From: an uncultured virus (IMG/VR IMGVR_UViG_2061766007_000748)
Lineage: Duplodnaviria > Heunggongvirae > Uroviricota > Caudoviricetes
Length of the DNA: 64,000 nucleotides
Virus record (IMG/VR): IMGVR_UViG_2061766007_000748
Direction: 5' to 3' (one strand)
The translations under genes were made by a program, and so were the position numbers. This document shows positions 1-11,602 of the stretch, piece after piece. Each line of letters starts with the position of its first letter. The first letter of the stretch is position 1. The notes under the pieces are model-generated. The model ran no database searches and was not told where the DNA came from. It worked only from the letters and a program-made list of their open reading frames with translations.

Positions 1-546
1 GAAACATCAAACGGTAAGACAGATTGGAGAATTATAAGATATAATCCAGACATAGGTATTGAAATTATGTTAAATAAGGTAATGTGTAGGATATGGGATG
101 GATATGAAGAAGCCAAAACATCAAACACGGAAAGAACAGAGTATTGGAATTCTAAACCGAAAGATATTATTCCTGTTTATTGTGAAGTATCTGATTTTCA
201 TTATACAGAACCGAGACACGAGGTTTTCGCTGCCGCTAACTCATCATTTATACATGATATCATTACAGAGGCTGGTGGAACGAACATATTTGATGATATT
301 GATGAAGCTTATGTTTATGCCGGAGAAGATTTAGTTATAGAACGAGCACCTGAGATTATCATTCTCTTAAAGTCTAGTGGAATCACAGTTCAAGACATTA
401 AGAACAGAAAAGGATGGGAGAACATTCCCGCTGTTAAGAATAACCGTATTTATGTAATTGATGATGTACCTGGTTCTTTTTTGGATATAGCACAATCAAC
501 AATGACTAAACAGATACAAGAGGCGATAAAGGAATATAAGAAATAA
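1..546 (+). CDS. BtuF/FepB-like (class III) ABC-transporter substrate-binding protein, 5'-partial
   Basis: Frame is open from base 1. The C-terminal part 'VYCEV..FAAANSSFIHDIITEAGGTNIF..EDLVIERAPEIIIL..IKNRKGWENIPAVKNNRIYVID' matches the C-lobe pattern of cobalamin/siderophore-binding proteins. Confidence 0.75.
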   Translation, partial: ETSNGKTDWRIIRYNPDIGIEIMLNKVMCRIWDGYEEAKTSNTERTEYWNSKPKDIIPVYCEVSDFHYTEPRHEVFAAANSSFIHDIITEAGGTNIFDDIDEAYVYAGEDLVIERAPEIIILLKSSGITVQDIKNRKGWENIPAVKNNRIYVIDDVPGSFLDIAQSTMTKQIQEAIKEYKK

Positions 547-560
547 TTTGGTCTATAACA

Positions 561-622
561 CACCTGAGAGGCTTTTTACCCATAAGATATTACTTATTTT
601 AAGGGTAAAGTCTCTCCTGGTG
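561..622. other. Long imperfect intergenic inverted repeat
   Basis: Nested arms cacc/ggtg, gagag/ctctc, tttaccc/gggtaaa and ataag/cttat around atatta. Confidence 0.75.
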
Positions 623-934
623 AAGATATAGGCGTTTCAGGGAGATACTGATTATGGAAGATATAAACTTAACTTTCAAAGGCCCGTTTCTTATTGTAAA
701 AGGTCCTGAATTGTGGATTAATTTTGTAAAGGAACATATAATGGATTTACTAAATGATTTTAGTGATGTACAGGAAATGTCTTTACAGAAAACTTGTCAG
801 AAACTAATAGATGATGAAAAGACTCAAACTGAATTTAAGTTAATGGTAAGCATAATAGCCATTGTAAACATATAAGGAAGGATATTACAACGATTAAATT
901 GACTTTTTAGGTTTTGCCATCTAACATTATTAAT

Positions 935-2791
935 ATGGCAAAAGCAGAATTGATAAGACCCATAGTTGACATCGAAACCTGGTTGACGGACGAATTCTAT
1001 TTAGGAGATGAAGTAGACACTATACGACCTTATGTAGCAGATTTCGTAAAAGAATTCAACCGTGCAACTTATGTTAATGAACTTGGTCTTACAGTACCAA
1101 AAAGAAAGTTTATTGCTACAGGTGCTTCACGAACAGGTAAGTCATATGGTTCACGTATACTTGTAGATCGTATACTATACGAGATGTCCTGTTGGAAAAA
1201 CTTCCCTTGCTTATTCAACCTTTCTCCTTCTACAATTCCAAAGATCTTCTGGTTATCATACACAATGAGTAAATCTTCTTCTACTGGTATGAAAGGGTTA
1301 ATGAAGATAATTGATAAAACCCCTTATTGGAATTTACCCGATGTAAAGAGGAAAGACGTTGAATCTGCTATTATTTTTCCATTCTGTGAAGTATTACCTG
1401 GTTCCAATGTATCACACATTATTGGTGAAGATATGTTGGGGTGTATTCTAGACGAAGCCAATGTACGAAAGGTAGCACAGGGAACAGAGGTTGAAGAAAC
1501 GCAAAAAATGTTCCAAGAGATGCGACAGCGTTCTGTTATGACCTATTCTAATGAGAAAGGTACTTGGGGCGGATTTAGCGGTATTATTTCTTCCACTACA
1601 ACATCAAGTTCTTTCGTAGCACTTGAACTTGAAAAGGCAAAGAAAGAGGGCGATACTGTAATAATGGAGGCATCTGTTTATGAAGCTAACCCTAAAAACT
1701 TCAGTAAAGAAAAGTTCCCGGTATTTGTTGGTAATGGTGAAATAGAACCATTCATAGTAGATAAGGTAGACGAATCAACAATAGGCCGAATAAACGAAAC
1801 ATATGGTACTACAGTACAAGAGTTTCTAGACGATAACAAAGACCTGGTGGAAATGGTACCAGTATCAATACGAAAGTTCTATGAAGAGGATTTAATCTTC
1901 TCCCTTGCCAATATGTCTGGTAAGGCTATGAGTGGTTCCAACAAGTATATGAACCCTTCTGTAGTATGTAAGATATGGGATAAGACATTAAGAAATCCAT
2001 TCCATGACGATATACCGGAAATAGGTATATATGACAGTACGGTACCAAGTGAGATATGGAATCCTGATATAGCACTACAGAATTATCACGGTGAAAATGT
2101 TTATGTTCATATAGACGCAAGTCAGAAACACGACCATACAGGATTCAGTGCTTTATACTATGACAGTGAAGACAGATACATTAAATCAGTTCTTACTGTT
2201 AGAATGTTTATGAATAACAAGATACCAGATAACCAAATAGACCAAGAGAAGATACTCCAACTGTTACTCTATATGAGGGATAACGGGGTAAACTTTGCAT
2301 TTATTAGCGGGGACCATTATGCCAAAGATTTTCTTATTCCACAATGTAAGAAGATATTCGGAAACGATAAGAGTGAATACCTTTCGGTTGATAAAGACCC
2401 TGTACCTGCTATGGTAACATTAAACTTTGCAAAGATGGGTAGATATAAACTTCCTTTCTATAAACCACTTGAACACGAGTTAGTAAACCTTATCAAAGAT
2501 CTGGCTACTAATAAGGTAGATCACCCTAATAACCCAAACCCTAGCCTTCCAATATACTTCAAAGACTGTTTTGATGGTTTACAGGGTGCAACATTCCATC
2601 TCTATACAAGAGAACACGTTCAGTATGAAACAATGATGATAGAGAAGGAAACCGAAAAGATTAAGATACCAGATGACGGTTTCTTTAGTACAATAAGCAC
2701 AGAAGAAGAGAAAGATATAGAAGATGAATTAAAAATGTTTACCGACAGTCTTTATGGTGAAGACGAATCATACAGTTATTTAGAGGATTAA
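935..2791 (+). CDS. terL: Terminase large subunit
   Basis: Walker A 'ATGASRTGKS', Walker B 'GCILDEAN', RNase H-like nuclease 'VYVHIDASQKHDHTG' and C-terminal 'DHP...KDCFDG'. ATG 935 preferred over TTG 914. Confidence 0.9.
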   Translation: MAKAELIRPIVDIETWLTDEFYLGDEVDTIRPYVADFVKEFNRATYVNELGLTVPKRKFIATGASRTGKSYGSRILVDRILYEMSCWKNFPCLFNLSPSTIPKIFWLSYTMSKSSSTGMKGLMKIIDKTPYWNLPDVKRKDVESAIIFPFCEVLPGSNVSHIIGEDMLGCILDEANVRKVAQGTEVEETQKMFQEMRQRSVMTYSNEKGTWGGFSGIISSTTTSSSFVALELEKAKKEGDTVIMEASVYEANPKNFSKEKFPVFVGNGEIEPFIVDKVDESTIGRINETYGTTVQEFLDDNKDLVEMVPVSIRKFYEEDLIFSLANMSGKAMSGSNKYMNPSVVCKIWDKTLRNPFHDDIPEIGIYDSTVPSEIWNPDIALQNYHGENVYVHIDASQKHDHTGFSALYYDSEDRYIKSVLTVRMFMNNKIPDNQIDQEKILQLLLYMRDNGVNFAFISGDHYAKDFLIPQCKKIFGNDKSEYLSVDKDPVPAMVTLNFAKMGRYKLPFYKPLEHELVNLIKDLATNKVDHPNNPNPSLPIYFKDCFDGLQGATFHLYTREHVQYETMMIEKETEKIKIPDDGFFSTISTEEEKDIEDELKMFTDSLYGEDESYSYLED

Positions 2792-3604
2792 AATGAGAAA
2801 GCGAACACAACTAGCGGCAACTAACCTAAAAAAGATAATGAAGGAAAACGGTGTTGAATTAATTAAACAGTCTTATTATCCACCAGCCGACAGCATCATA
2901 TTGATATTTAGTTATACTGATAAGAATGTAGATAAGTTAGTAGAAAAGATTTCTCCACTTGCTAATTACAGGATAGAAAAAGGTAAAGAANNNNNNNNNN
3001 NNNNNNNNNNNNNNNNNNNNNNNNNAAAACAATGGAAGAAGAAAAAGTAACTCCTTGTAATTGGAAAGAAGTTAGTAACAATCCAGACTGGTTCTATGTT
3101 GGTTGCATAGACAGAAAGATAAACATTTGGAAACAATGTAAGAAGAAACACATCACACCAATTCAACTCTTTATGTCCTGCCCTTACTGTAAAGGTAAGG
3201 TTATTCTTGGAGAGAAGAAATGAGGATGTTCTATGAATGGCTTAATAAGATAGGATATACTGAAAATGAAATAAAGAAATTATCAAAACGTCATATTGAG
3301 ATTCTTATGGAAGAGTTCAGTATGTTACTAAAAGAGATGGGAGGAAATAAATGACGCCAGGTGAATTAAGGTGGAAGATAATTAAATTCTTTAATAACCA
3401 AGCACAGGTCTATATCACCAGTCCAACTAGAATGGAGGTTGATGTAAGTAAAGAAATAGACATAAGTGAATGGAAGAGATGTGCAGACACTTTGGGTTTT
3501 ACAGATAACAGTAAATCATTACCAAATTCATATAGGTATGATAATATAATCATAATGTTCTTTTACGGACCATTACAGAAATTCAATCAGAGGAATAAAA
3601 ACAA

Positions 3605-4048
3605 TTGGAGTATTTCACGACGACCCAGCTCTCAGAGCGATATAGACGGGATAACAGTACAATCGTCAACATCCTTAAAAGCGGAGGAATAGAAGCTGTA
3701 GGGGAAGGCGAACATAACGTAAAGTTATGGGGTGAGAATGCCGACATATATCTTTCAAAGTATGTAGTAAGCGAAACTGCGACATCAGCCAATAAATACG
3801 CTAAGGAACTTGGAGTACCGGCTAATGAGTTTAAGGTTATACTTAAATCACTTGGTATACATAACTTTCAGAGGGTAAGACGGAGTATGAAGGTAATGAA
3901 TGCCGNNNNNNNNNNNNNNNNNNNNNNNNCATTACCACTGGAAGAAATGAAACTCCTTCATCCGCTTGTTACTGATGAAAGATGTTTTCAGTTTAATTAT
4001 TGGCCAGATACAGAACCGATATGTTTCAAGGACTTGGATAATGACTGA
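3605..4048 (+). CDS. Putative HTH DNA-binding protein
   Basis: 'YFTTTQLSERYRRDNSTIVNIL' and 'SANKYAKELGV' resemble helix-turn-helix motifs; the gene spans a gap. Confidence 0.4.
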   Translation: MEYFTTTQLSERYRRDNSTIVNILKSGGIEAVGEGEHNVKLWGENADIYLSKYVVSETATSANKYAKELGVPANEFKVILKSLGIHNFQRVRRSMKVMNAXXXXXXXXXLPLEEMKLLHPLVTDERCFQFNYWPDTEPICFKDLDND

Positions 4049-4429
4049 CAGGTATATAGTCTACGTCAATATAGCCATATGTATAATCAATCAGGCTGTA
4101 CGGGATATCGGTAAGGACGGATACTGGAAGAAAGATGCGAAAGTCTTTTTCGATTCAGAATGGTATGAAGTTCTTCAGGGTATGATAGACCTGTATAAGA
4201 ATCCGGAGGGTAATACTATATGAACAGGGTGTTGAGGGAATTCTGGAAGTACAGAATGGAACTGTATGATGCCAGATATAAGTATCTTACCAGTATAGAA
4301 CGTTTGAAGGCTTGTGATAACCGTTATATGAGAAGATTGAACCAGTCTGTATGTAAGGCTATGAAACAGCGGTACAAAGAATCAACAAAACAATACCAGA
4401 ACTTTTTAAGAAATATTTCTGATTTTTCC

Positions 4430-4459
4430 TATACATAATGTTTTATTCAATGTTATAAT
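4430..4459 (+). promoter_or_regulatory. Sigma70-like early promoter
   Basis: TATACA-18nt-TATAAT with an extended -10 TG; AGGAGG RBS before ATG 4490. Confidence 0.7.
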
Positions 4460-5757
4460 CCTAAGTATAAATGCTTTAGGAGGCAATTTATGGATAACAC
4501 AGAATTCTACAAGAGAATCTTAAACGNNNNNNNNNNTAATATGTGTCAGGACTATTCAGACATCTACAAGGATGTTTACGGATACAGACCAAGAGACGAA
4601 CAGAGTATGTGCGTAAACGGATACAGTGGCAACCCCGACATTAATAAGTTCCGTGAATTACTTAAACAGGGTATCAATCCTCTCTTAGACCTTGACAGGG
4701 CTTATGACAGTTATATTGAGGATGAGGACGATTGGATGGAAGACTGTATGGAAAGGGATTTCTTTGAGACTAATCCTTCAAAGGAACAGATTATCAATCG
4801 TAATCCTGAATACGCTCAGTATTTCGTTTAATTCTATTATTGTAATAAGGAGTAAAATTATGACTAAAGAACTTGAAAAAGAAACAGAAGAATACGACCT
4901 TGTAATACGATTTAAGAGTAATAAACCTAAGTATGAGATTAGAGGTTACATAATAAATCATATTCTTGATGAGTTTGACAATTTGCAGATGTGGGATTTT
5001 AAGAGAAGTGGTGAGATTATAGAGCCAAGAGAAAAGCGAATTGAAGAACTTGAAAAAGAAAATAAAAAGTTAATACTTGGTAACAAATCACTTTCTGAAA
5101 AATTGGTGAATATCACAAGGAAAAAACTTGACTTACAGAAAGAAAACGCAGAACTGAAAAAGACTGTAGAACATTACAGAAAAGAACGAGAGTTTTTTAT
5201 TGGTGAGGTAGAAAAATGAAAAATGAAGAATTCGTGAGAAATATAGTTTTTTGCAATAACTGTAAAAAGTATGTGATGCCTTATGGTAGTGGTGTTTTAT
5301 TGTGGTGCCCAAAATGTGGAGTTGATAATCGAAATATTGAAGTCTCAGATGTGCTTGTTCACAATATGGAAGAACAACAAAATATTACAAAAAAATTAAA
5401 AGAAGCAAATAAAAAAGGTATCAAGATTATTTTATAAGGAGATAGAAAAATGAAAAACTTTTTATTAGGTATCATCCTAACTTTAATTATCGGTGGTTGG
5501 GTAACTCTTGCCATAGTAGGAGTAATTTCTGTAAAGACTGCAATTCTTGTTCCTGTTGGAATAGTTATAGGTTTCCTAATTGCTATGTGGCTATTTGGAT
5601 TGTGGTGGGATTCATAGGAGATAGAAAAATGTCTATAGTACAATCATGTCCTTATGACATAAATGGGGAACACTGTAAATATGAAATATATTATGGTGAA
5701 CCTATTTTTTCTAAATGTAAAAATTGTAGCAGAACAATTTTTAAGAGAGGTGTAGAA

Positions 5758-6069
5758 ATGAAAGACGAAGAAATGGCAAAAGAATGGTTTAATAAGGAAT
5801 TATATTTAGAGTCATCTATGTACAATATGCAAATAGAGTATTACTGTAAACAAGCCTTCCTTGCAGGACTTAAAGCAGGCAGAACACAATGGCACGATTT
5901 ACGGAAAGACAAGAATGATTTGCCGAAGTTTAGAAGAAATATTCTTGTAACTTGTGAGTACAGAAGTAAATTAAAGAAAAAGCGTGAAACTTTTGAATGG
6001 GACTATAATAGCGAAATGCCTTTACACGTTATCGCTTGGTGCGAAATCCCCACTTTTGATAAGGAGTAA
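5758..6069 (+). CDS. DUF551-like small phage protein
   Basis: 'WHDLRKDKNDLPK...VIAWCEIP' pattern; start moved to ATG 5758 after a GAGG RBS. Confidence 0.55.
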   Translation: MKDEEMAKEWFNKELYLESSMYNMQIEYYCKQAFLAGLKAGRTQWHDLRKDKNDLPKFRRNILVTCEYRSKLKKKRETFEWDYNSEMPLHVIAWCEIPTFDKE

Positions 6070-6241
6070 ATTATGGTAGAAGAAGATTATGAAGAAGTAG
6101 ATTTGGGTTTAGAAGAAGATGAAGAAACGGAAGAACGCAGATATTACTGTAAGACTTGCAGAGATTTAATGTGTCATTCTAGTGGTAAAGATAGATATGA
6201 AATCAACTGTAGTGGAGTTGAAGAAGATTAAGGAGTAAATT

Positions 6242-6685
6242 ATGTTTGAGAAAGAAGCAGAAGAAAGAGGTATTAAATATGCAGATAATCTTAAACCTTC
6301 AATCGGAAAGTTTGATGGTGAAGAAGGTTATTCTTGGAGTCAAGTTGAAGAAGGTTATGAAAATGGTTTCAAAGATGGTGCAGAGTTCGGCTATAACAAG
6401 GCTAATGAATGGCATTATGTGAAAGACGGAGATTTACCGAAAGCATATCAAAAATGCTATTTTATTTATTCTAATTCTTATAGAGAAGGTAACAAACCTA
6501 TTTTTTCAGAATCTAACATCAATGTTCTTACGGGTATTTATGCTTTTTTTCTTGATGAAGAAACAGGTGAAGAAACAACAGACCCTTGTTTTTATGACGA
6601 TATAAATGATAACGAAATAGGTTTGGAAGAAGTTTATGCTTGGAAAGAAATTGTACTTCCAGAACTTCCAAAGGAGAGTGAATAG
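6242..6685 (+). CDS. DUF551-like small phage protein (paralog of 5758)
   Basis: 'NEWHYVKDGDLPK...VYAWKEIVLP'. Confidence 0.55.
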   Translation: MFEKEAEERGIKYADNLKPSIGKFDGEEGYSWSQVEEGYENGFKDGAEFGYNKANEWHYVKDGDLPKAYQKCYFIYSNSYREGNKPIFSESNINVLTGIYAFFLDEETGEETTDPCFYDDINDNEIGLEEVYAWKEIVLPELPKESE

Positions 6686-7479
6686 AAATGGAAAAACTTA
6701 ATATGCAAAATTACGTCATTCCGAATATGACTAAAGAAGACTCAAATGCAATCTTCAATTGTCTGCATATTCTTTGTGAGAAGATGGAAACATTCTTCAA
6801 TGTAAACAATGACGGAAAAGATTTTGTCTATGATTGTGTAGACAAAGAAACAGGAAATACTATTACTGTAAGAATCAACAAGGAGAGTGAATAAATGTTA
6901 GGTGCTTTACTATGGGGAATAGGTGCAAGTATGGCTCTTGCAGAAGAAAATGAAAAAGCCAAAACAAGAAATGTTAAAGAACAGCTTGAATATGCAAAGA
7001 CAATCATTCAAGACCTGTTAGATAATTCTGATGAATACGCAAGAGAAAGGGCAATAAACTTTTTGAAGGAGAATGAATAGAAATGGAATTAGAAATCAAT
7101 GGTGTTTTCGATTTGAGCGAATCTGGTTTATCATCAGAAGATTTTCAGAAAAAATTGTTAGACTTTATTGAATCTGTAGATGTAAGTTTTGGTGGTGCTT
7201 TCTACGAACTTGATGAAAATGGAGAAAGAAAGGAGTAAATAAATGCAGAAAGTAGGAAAACAGAAACAATTAAAAGGCAGGTGTTCTAACTGTGAGAATA
7301 AGTTTATTGCAACTGCTGCCGATTTCTTTATGACACAGAATGTACGTTGGAAAACTTTACATCCAATGATTAGGTGCCCTTATTGTCAAGCATATTTATA
7401 TAAAAGTTCAGGTTTTATCGGTGGTGTTATATGGGAAGAACCTTCCTGGGAATTTAAGATTGTAAAGGAGAATAAATAA

Positions 7480-7743
7480 ATGCCAAACTTTGTAGATAAA
7501 AACGGAAAAACATTAAGAGAAAGGGATAAGGTTTACTGTAAGCTTGAAGATGGAACGATAGCTGAAGGCAGAATCCTTTATCATAAAGCAAGCAAACAAT
7601 ACATGGTACTTTTCAAATATTCCATGTGGTATGGAGAAGATGAGTTTGACTATCATTCTTATGGTAAAGGTTTTGTCCTTAAAGATGTTAAACCGGAAGA
7701 TCTTGAATTAATTGAAAGTTACCTTGGAAGCAGAAATCAGTAA
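7480..7743 (+). CDS. YopX-like small protein
   Basis: 'VDKNGKTLRERDKV' resembles the YopX DKNGxxIxEGD motif. Confidence 0.35.
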   Translation: MPNFVDKNGKTLRERDKVYCKLEDGTIAEGRILYHKASKQYMVLFKYSMWYGEDEFDYHSYGKGFVLKDVKPEDLELIESYLGSRNQ

Positions 7744-10700
7744 TATTCTATAATTATAATAAGGAGTAAAAATTATGACAATTAAGATTTATAAATCAAA
7801 CAACGGTGAACCGCCTTATAAGACTATCGGTGGAAATGTATCTTACATCTATAATGATGAATCAAAGATACTATCCGTTTATACAGGTAACGGTTGGTCA
7901 TATTTCCAAGATGTTAGAATTATCGTCACATATCAACCTGACGAAGTTCTTGTTTATGAGAAATGGAATAACAGTAAAGACCGTTTTGGTAATAAAGCCG
8001 GTGAATATGAACCTTTCTAAAAGGAGTGTGAATAATATGGGTGTATTATCGACAATGTTGCTTACCTGCTGTGACGCACTTGAAGATTATGAAGGTGAGT
8101 ATAAGTTTACTCATCTTTCTGAAATANNNNNNNNNNNNNNNNNNNNNNNNNNNNNNNNNTGGTTGCTGTAGCCTTTAAGAAGAAGATTCCCGGCTATGAA
8201 CCAAGCCTTCCTAACCTTGGTAAGATGCTGAAGAACTACGGAATGAAAGTAGTCTACAGGAATCCGTTTAAGGAAATTTTCACATCTATACAGTTCAGTT
8301 TCACTTTTCATAAAATAAAACAATTACTTAGGAAAAATAAGGTAAAGAAGTTTCTCAGGAGTAAGAAATGACANNNNNNNNNNNNNNNNNNNNNNNNNAA
8401 AAGTCCCTGAGGAGATTAATAACAAGTGTTCTACTTGTTATCTTTATGTTTATAATGGTTATGCTCAATGTCATGGCCCGGAAGCTGATTGTGTTTTATA
8501 TGACTATCGATATTATGAACCAATGTATCGTATAAAGAAGGAGTAATTATGTACAATGAAAGTTTTGTAGTTCTTTGTCGTGAAGGTAAGAAAACTTTAG
8601 CAGACCTAGACAATTTTATTGCAGATTGGCATAAACTATCTTCTGAAAGAAAACATGATTTACGATTTGAACTTGGTTTAACTAAGGAAGAATATGTCAT
8701 GTTTATGCTTGGTGAAGAGGAATCTGTTTTTCTCCCACTTATTAATTATAAGTTCGAGTATGATTGGGAACTTACTGGTCCGGCTTGTCCTGAACAGTAT
8801 GAAGTCTATAAGAAAGGAACCAGAGAAGTTGTTGCTTATGTTCGTGAACGATGGGATTCGTTTACTGTTTACTGCCCTTTTGCAGGTGACTATGATGTTT
8901 ATAGTGGGTTTGGTGATGTCACTATGCGTGTAAAGATTGAAATTGAAGATGCTATAAAGAAATGGTACAAGAAACATAACAGTATTTTCTTCAGAAAAGA
9001 TATTGAAAAAAGGCGTAAAGAAAGCAGTGATTTGATTTGGAGAAGTAATCCAAAACATGAATTTCACACAATGCCTTAAAGGAGAAATAAGATGAATATA
9101 TTTGATAAATTATATGGAACTTTGTTTATTATAACACTTATCTTGTTTGCAATCGGTCTGTGCTTGACAATTATCTATCTTGTTGAAGGCTGTACATTAC
9201 CTAAAGCCGATGCTGAGAAAGTAGAAAAGCATGGAGTTATCGCTTGGAGATTAATGATACCTTTCTTGATAATCTTTACAGTAACATTGGTATATCTCAT
9301 TTTTGTTGAATTGATACTTGATGGAATTTGGGGAATGAATATACATCTTCCTTTTTCTTTTTTACAATCATAGTTTACAAAGGGTGTTAGATTATGAATA
9401 CTGTGATAAAGATAAAGAATCCATATTATGACGCAAAAGATTGTGATTACTGTAAATGTGAGTATTCAGTCTATTCAGAATCTTTAGACCATTCAACACC
9501 ATTATACTGTAAGCGATGCAGTAAGGTGATAACGATATACAATCCGGTAACATCTGAAAAATATGCAAGACAAATCGAAGAGTGTGTAAGACTTGAGAAA
9601 TTAAGTTTATCATTAAGGAGAATTACTGAATGAAATATGCAACTAAACAACTAATTAAAAGATTATTGCATCCGTTCAAAAATGGATTCTGGTGCATTAT
9701 GAACATTGGTGGAAATTATCATTTTGGTATGTTATGGGAGACATGGGATAGTTATGCCGGTGATGGGGATTATGGCTATTCTTATTATTGGACCGGAAAC
9801 AGGAAAACAACAAAGCAACTCATTGTAGAATATCCCCATTGTGTATTCAAAATTAATGACGATTGCGGCTTTGATATTATAGTGCCGTTTTTCATTGCGT
9901 GGTTATTGGTTCTTCCTGGTACTATCTATAACAGATATAAATTGGAACAAGAAATCAGATTCTGGGAAGAATATCATAGAACCCATTATTTCAATGAAGA
10001 ATCTATGTCATGGGAGGAGAATCATTAATGATTAAGGTAAGAAGTGAAACTCCTGATAAATATACTTTTATCTGTGATACATACGAAGAAAAGAACTTTA
10101 TAGATTTACATCAGAATGAATTGTTTGACAAGTTTATCAATATGCGAACCAATGGTAAAATTAAGAACCTTGATGACCTTTACGAGAAAGCAACAGATTT
10201 AGAGTTTGGAGTAGCATCTATAAAATACTTTTGGTATATATCTCGTGGACTTGAATGGCTTTCAAGTACCGTAGATGTATTCCAACATTTTGTAAATGAG
10301 GAGTATAAGAATGAAACAGGTAACCAAACAGAAGATTGAAAAGTACGAAAAGGCATTTAATGAAGGATTACCGGTTTATATGTTTGTCAGAACCGGGCAG
10401 GACTTGAGGTATTATTCGTGGACTAGGATTACTAATAAGAAACAGATTAAAAAATGTGTATTGAATAATATAGAGATGAAGATNNNNNNNNNNNNNNNNN
10501 NTTAGGGAGAAACAAATAATTATGGAAAAATATCAGGTAATTAAATTCACGGTTTCAGATAACGATTATTATTTCTTAATGACATATACTGCACGTTATC
10601 TTGCGATGTGCCTTAACGATTCCAATTACAGCCTAGATACCCCGGAACAAATCATTCACGAATTCTGGAATCTTATGCACATTGATAAGGAACTCTTAAA

Positions 10701-11125
10701 ATATTTCAACGAACACTTAAAAATTGAAATTCTTAATAAACTTCCCGAGTATCAATGGGATAATTCAGAAACATATTTTGTTTATTTTGATTATGAGCAA
10801 AATCATTGGGCTTGGAGATGTGATTAAAAGAAAGGAGGAAATACATATGATTCAAAATGCAAATAACGTAAAATCAGAAGGAACAGTTACCACAACAAGT
10901 ATCTGTTATGATGATGTTTTAAGAACAAACATCAAAGCGGTTCTTCATAGTGATATGAAAGAAGATGATAAGGTAAACGTAATAATAGGTTTGTGTAAAC
11001 AACAAGAGATTATGAAAACTTCAACCTATTATCCGACATATCCTTGGAATCAACAACAAATTATGTATACATCACAGACTGATAAAACCGAATAGATTCT
11101 ATTATTAATAACAAGGAGTAAAATT

Positions 11126-11602
11126 ATGGAATTCGATAAGAGTAAAGTATACACATCTTTGAATGCCGATGAACTTAAACCAGGTAGTAAGGTTATCTGT
11201 GGATTTTCAATGTCTCAGTTAAAGGAACGAGTTGAAGAAGGTGAACAGATTACAGAAGTATATCAGATTCTTTCTGATGATTTGGAACAAAGAATTAAAG
11301 TTTTTTATCAGGATGGTTTTTTCTGTTATCCACTTGCCTATCTTGTCTCAGAACCTAAAGAAGATGAGGATGAAGGCCAGGATACATTAACCAAAGAAGA
11401 AGCACTCGACCAAATAAAAGAGAAAATAAATAGAAGATACAATAAGATAATCACTAAAGATTATATTTCATTCAAAATTGCTCGTTATGCTCTTACTGAT
11501 GTTCTTGAAGAACTTCATAAGAGTAATGCTAAAGATATTATCGTAACAAAGGAAGACAGTAGTCTTGTGGTAAAATACAAACCATATTGGAAAATAAATT
11601 AA
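11126..11602 (+). CDS. Hypothetical protein, paralog of 20550..20933
   Basis: 'EFDKSKVYTSLNADELKPGSKVI...LAYLVSEP' aligns with 'EFNKDRVFTILDADQVKIGSKAI...LAYLVSEP'. Confidence 0.75.
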   Translation: MEFDKSKVYTSLNADELKPGSKVICGFSMSQLKERVEEGEQITEVYQILSDDLEQRIKVFYQDGFFCYPLAYLVSEPKEDEDEGQDTLTKEEALDQIKEKINRRYNKIITKDYISFKIARYALTDVLEELHKSNAKDIIVTKEDSSLVVKYKPYWKIN

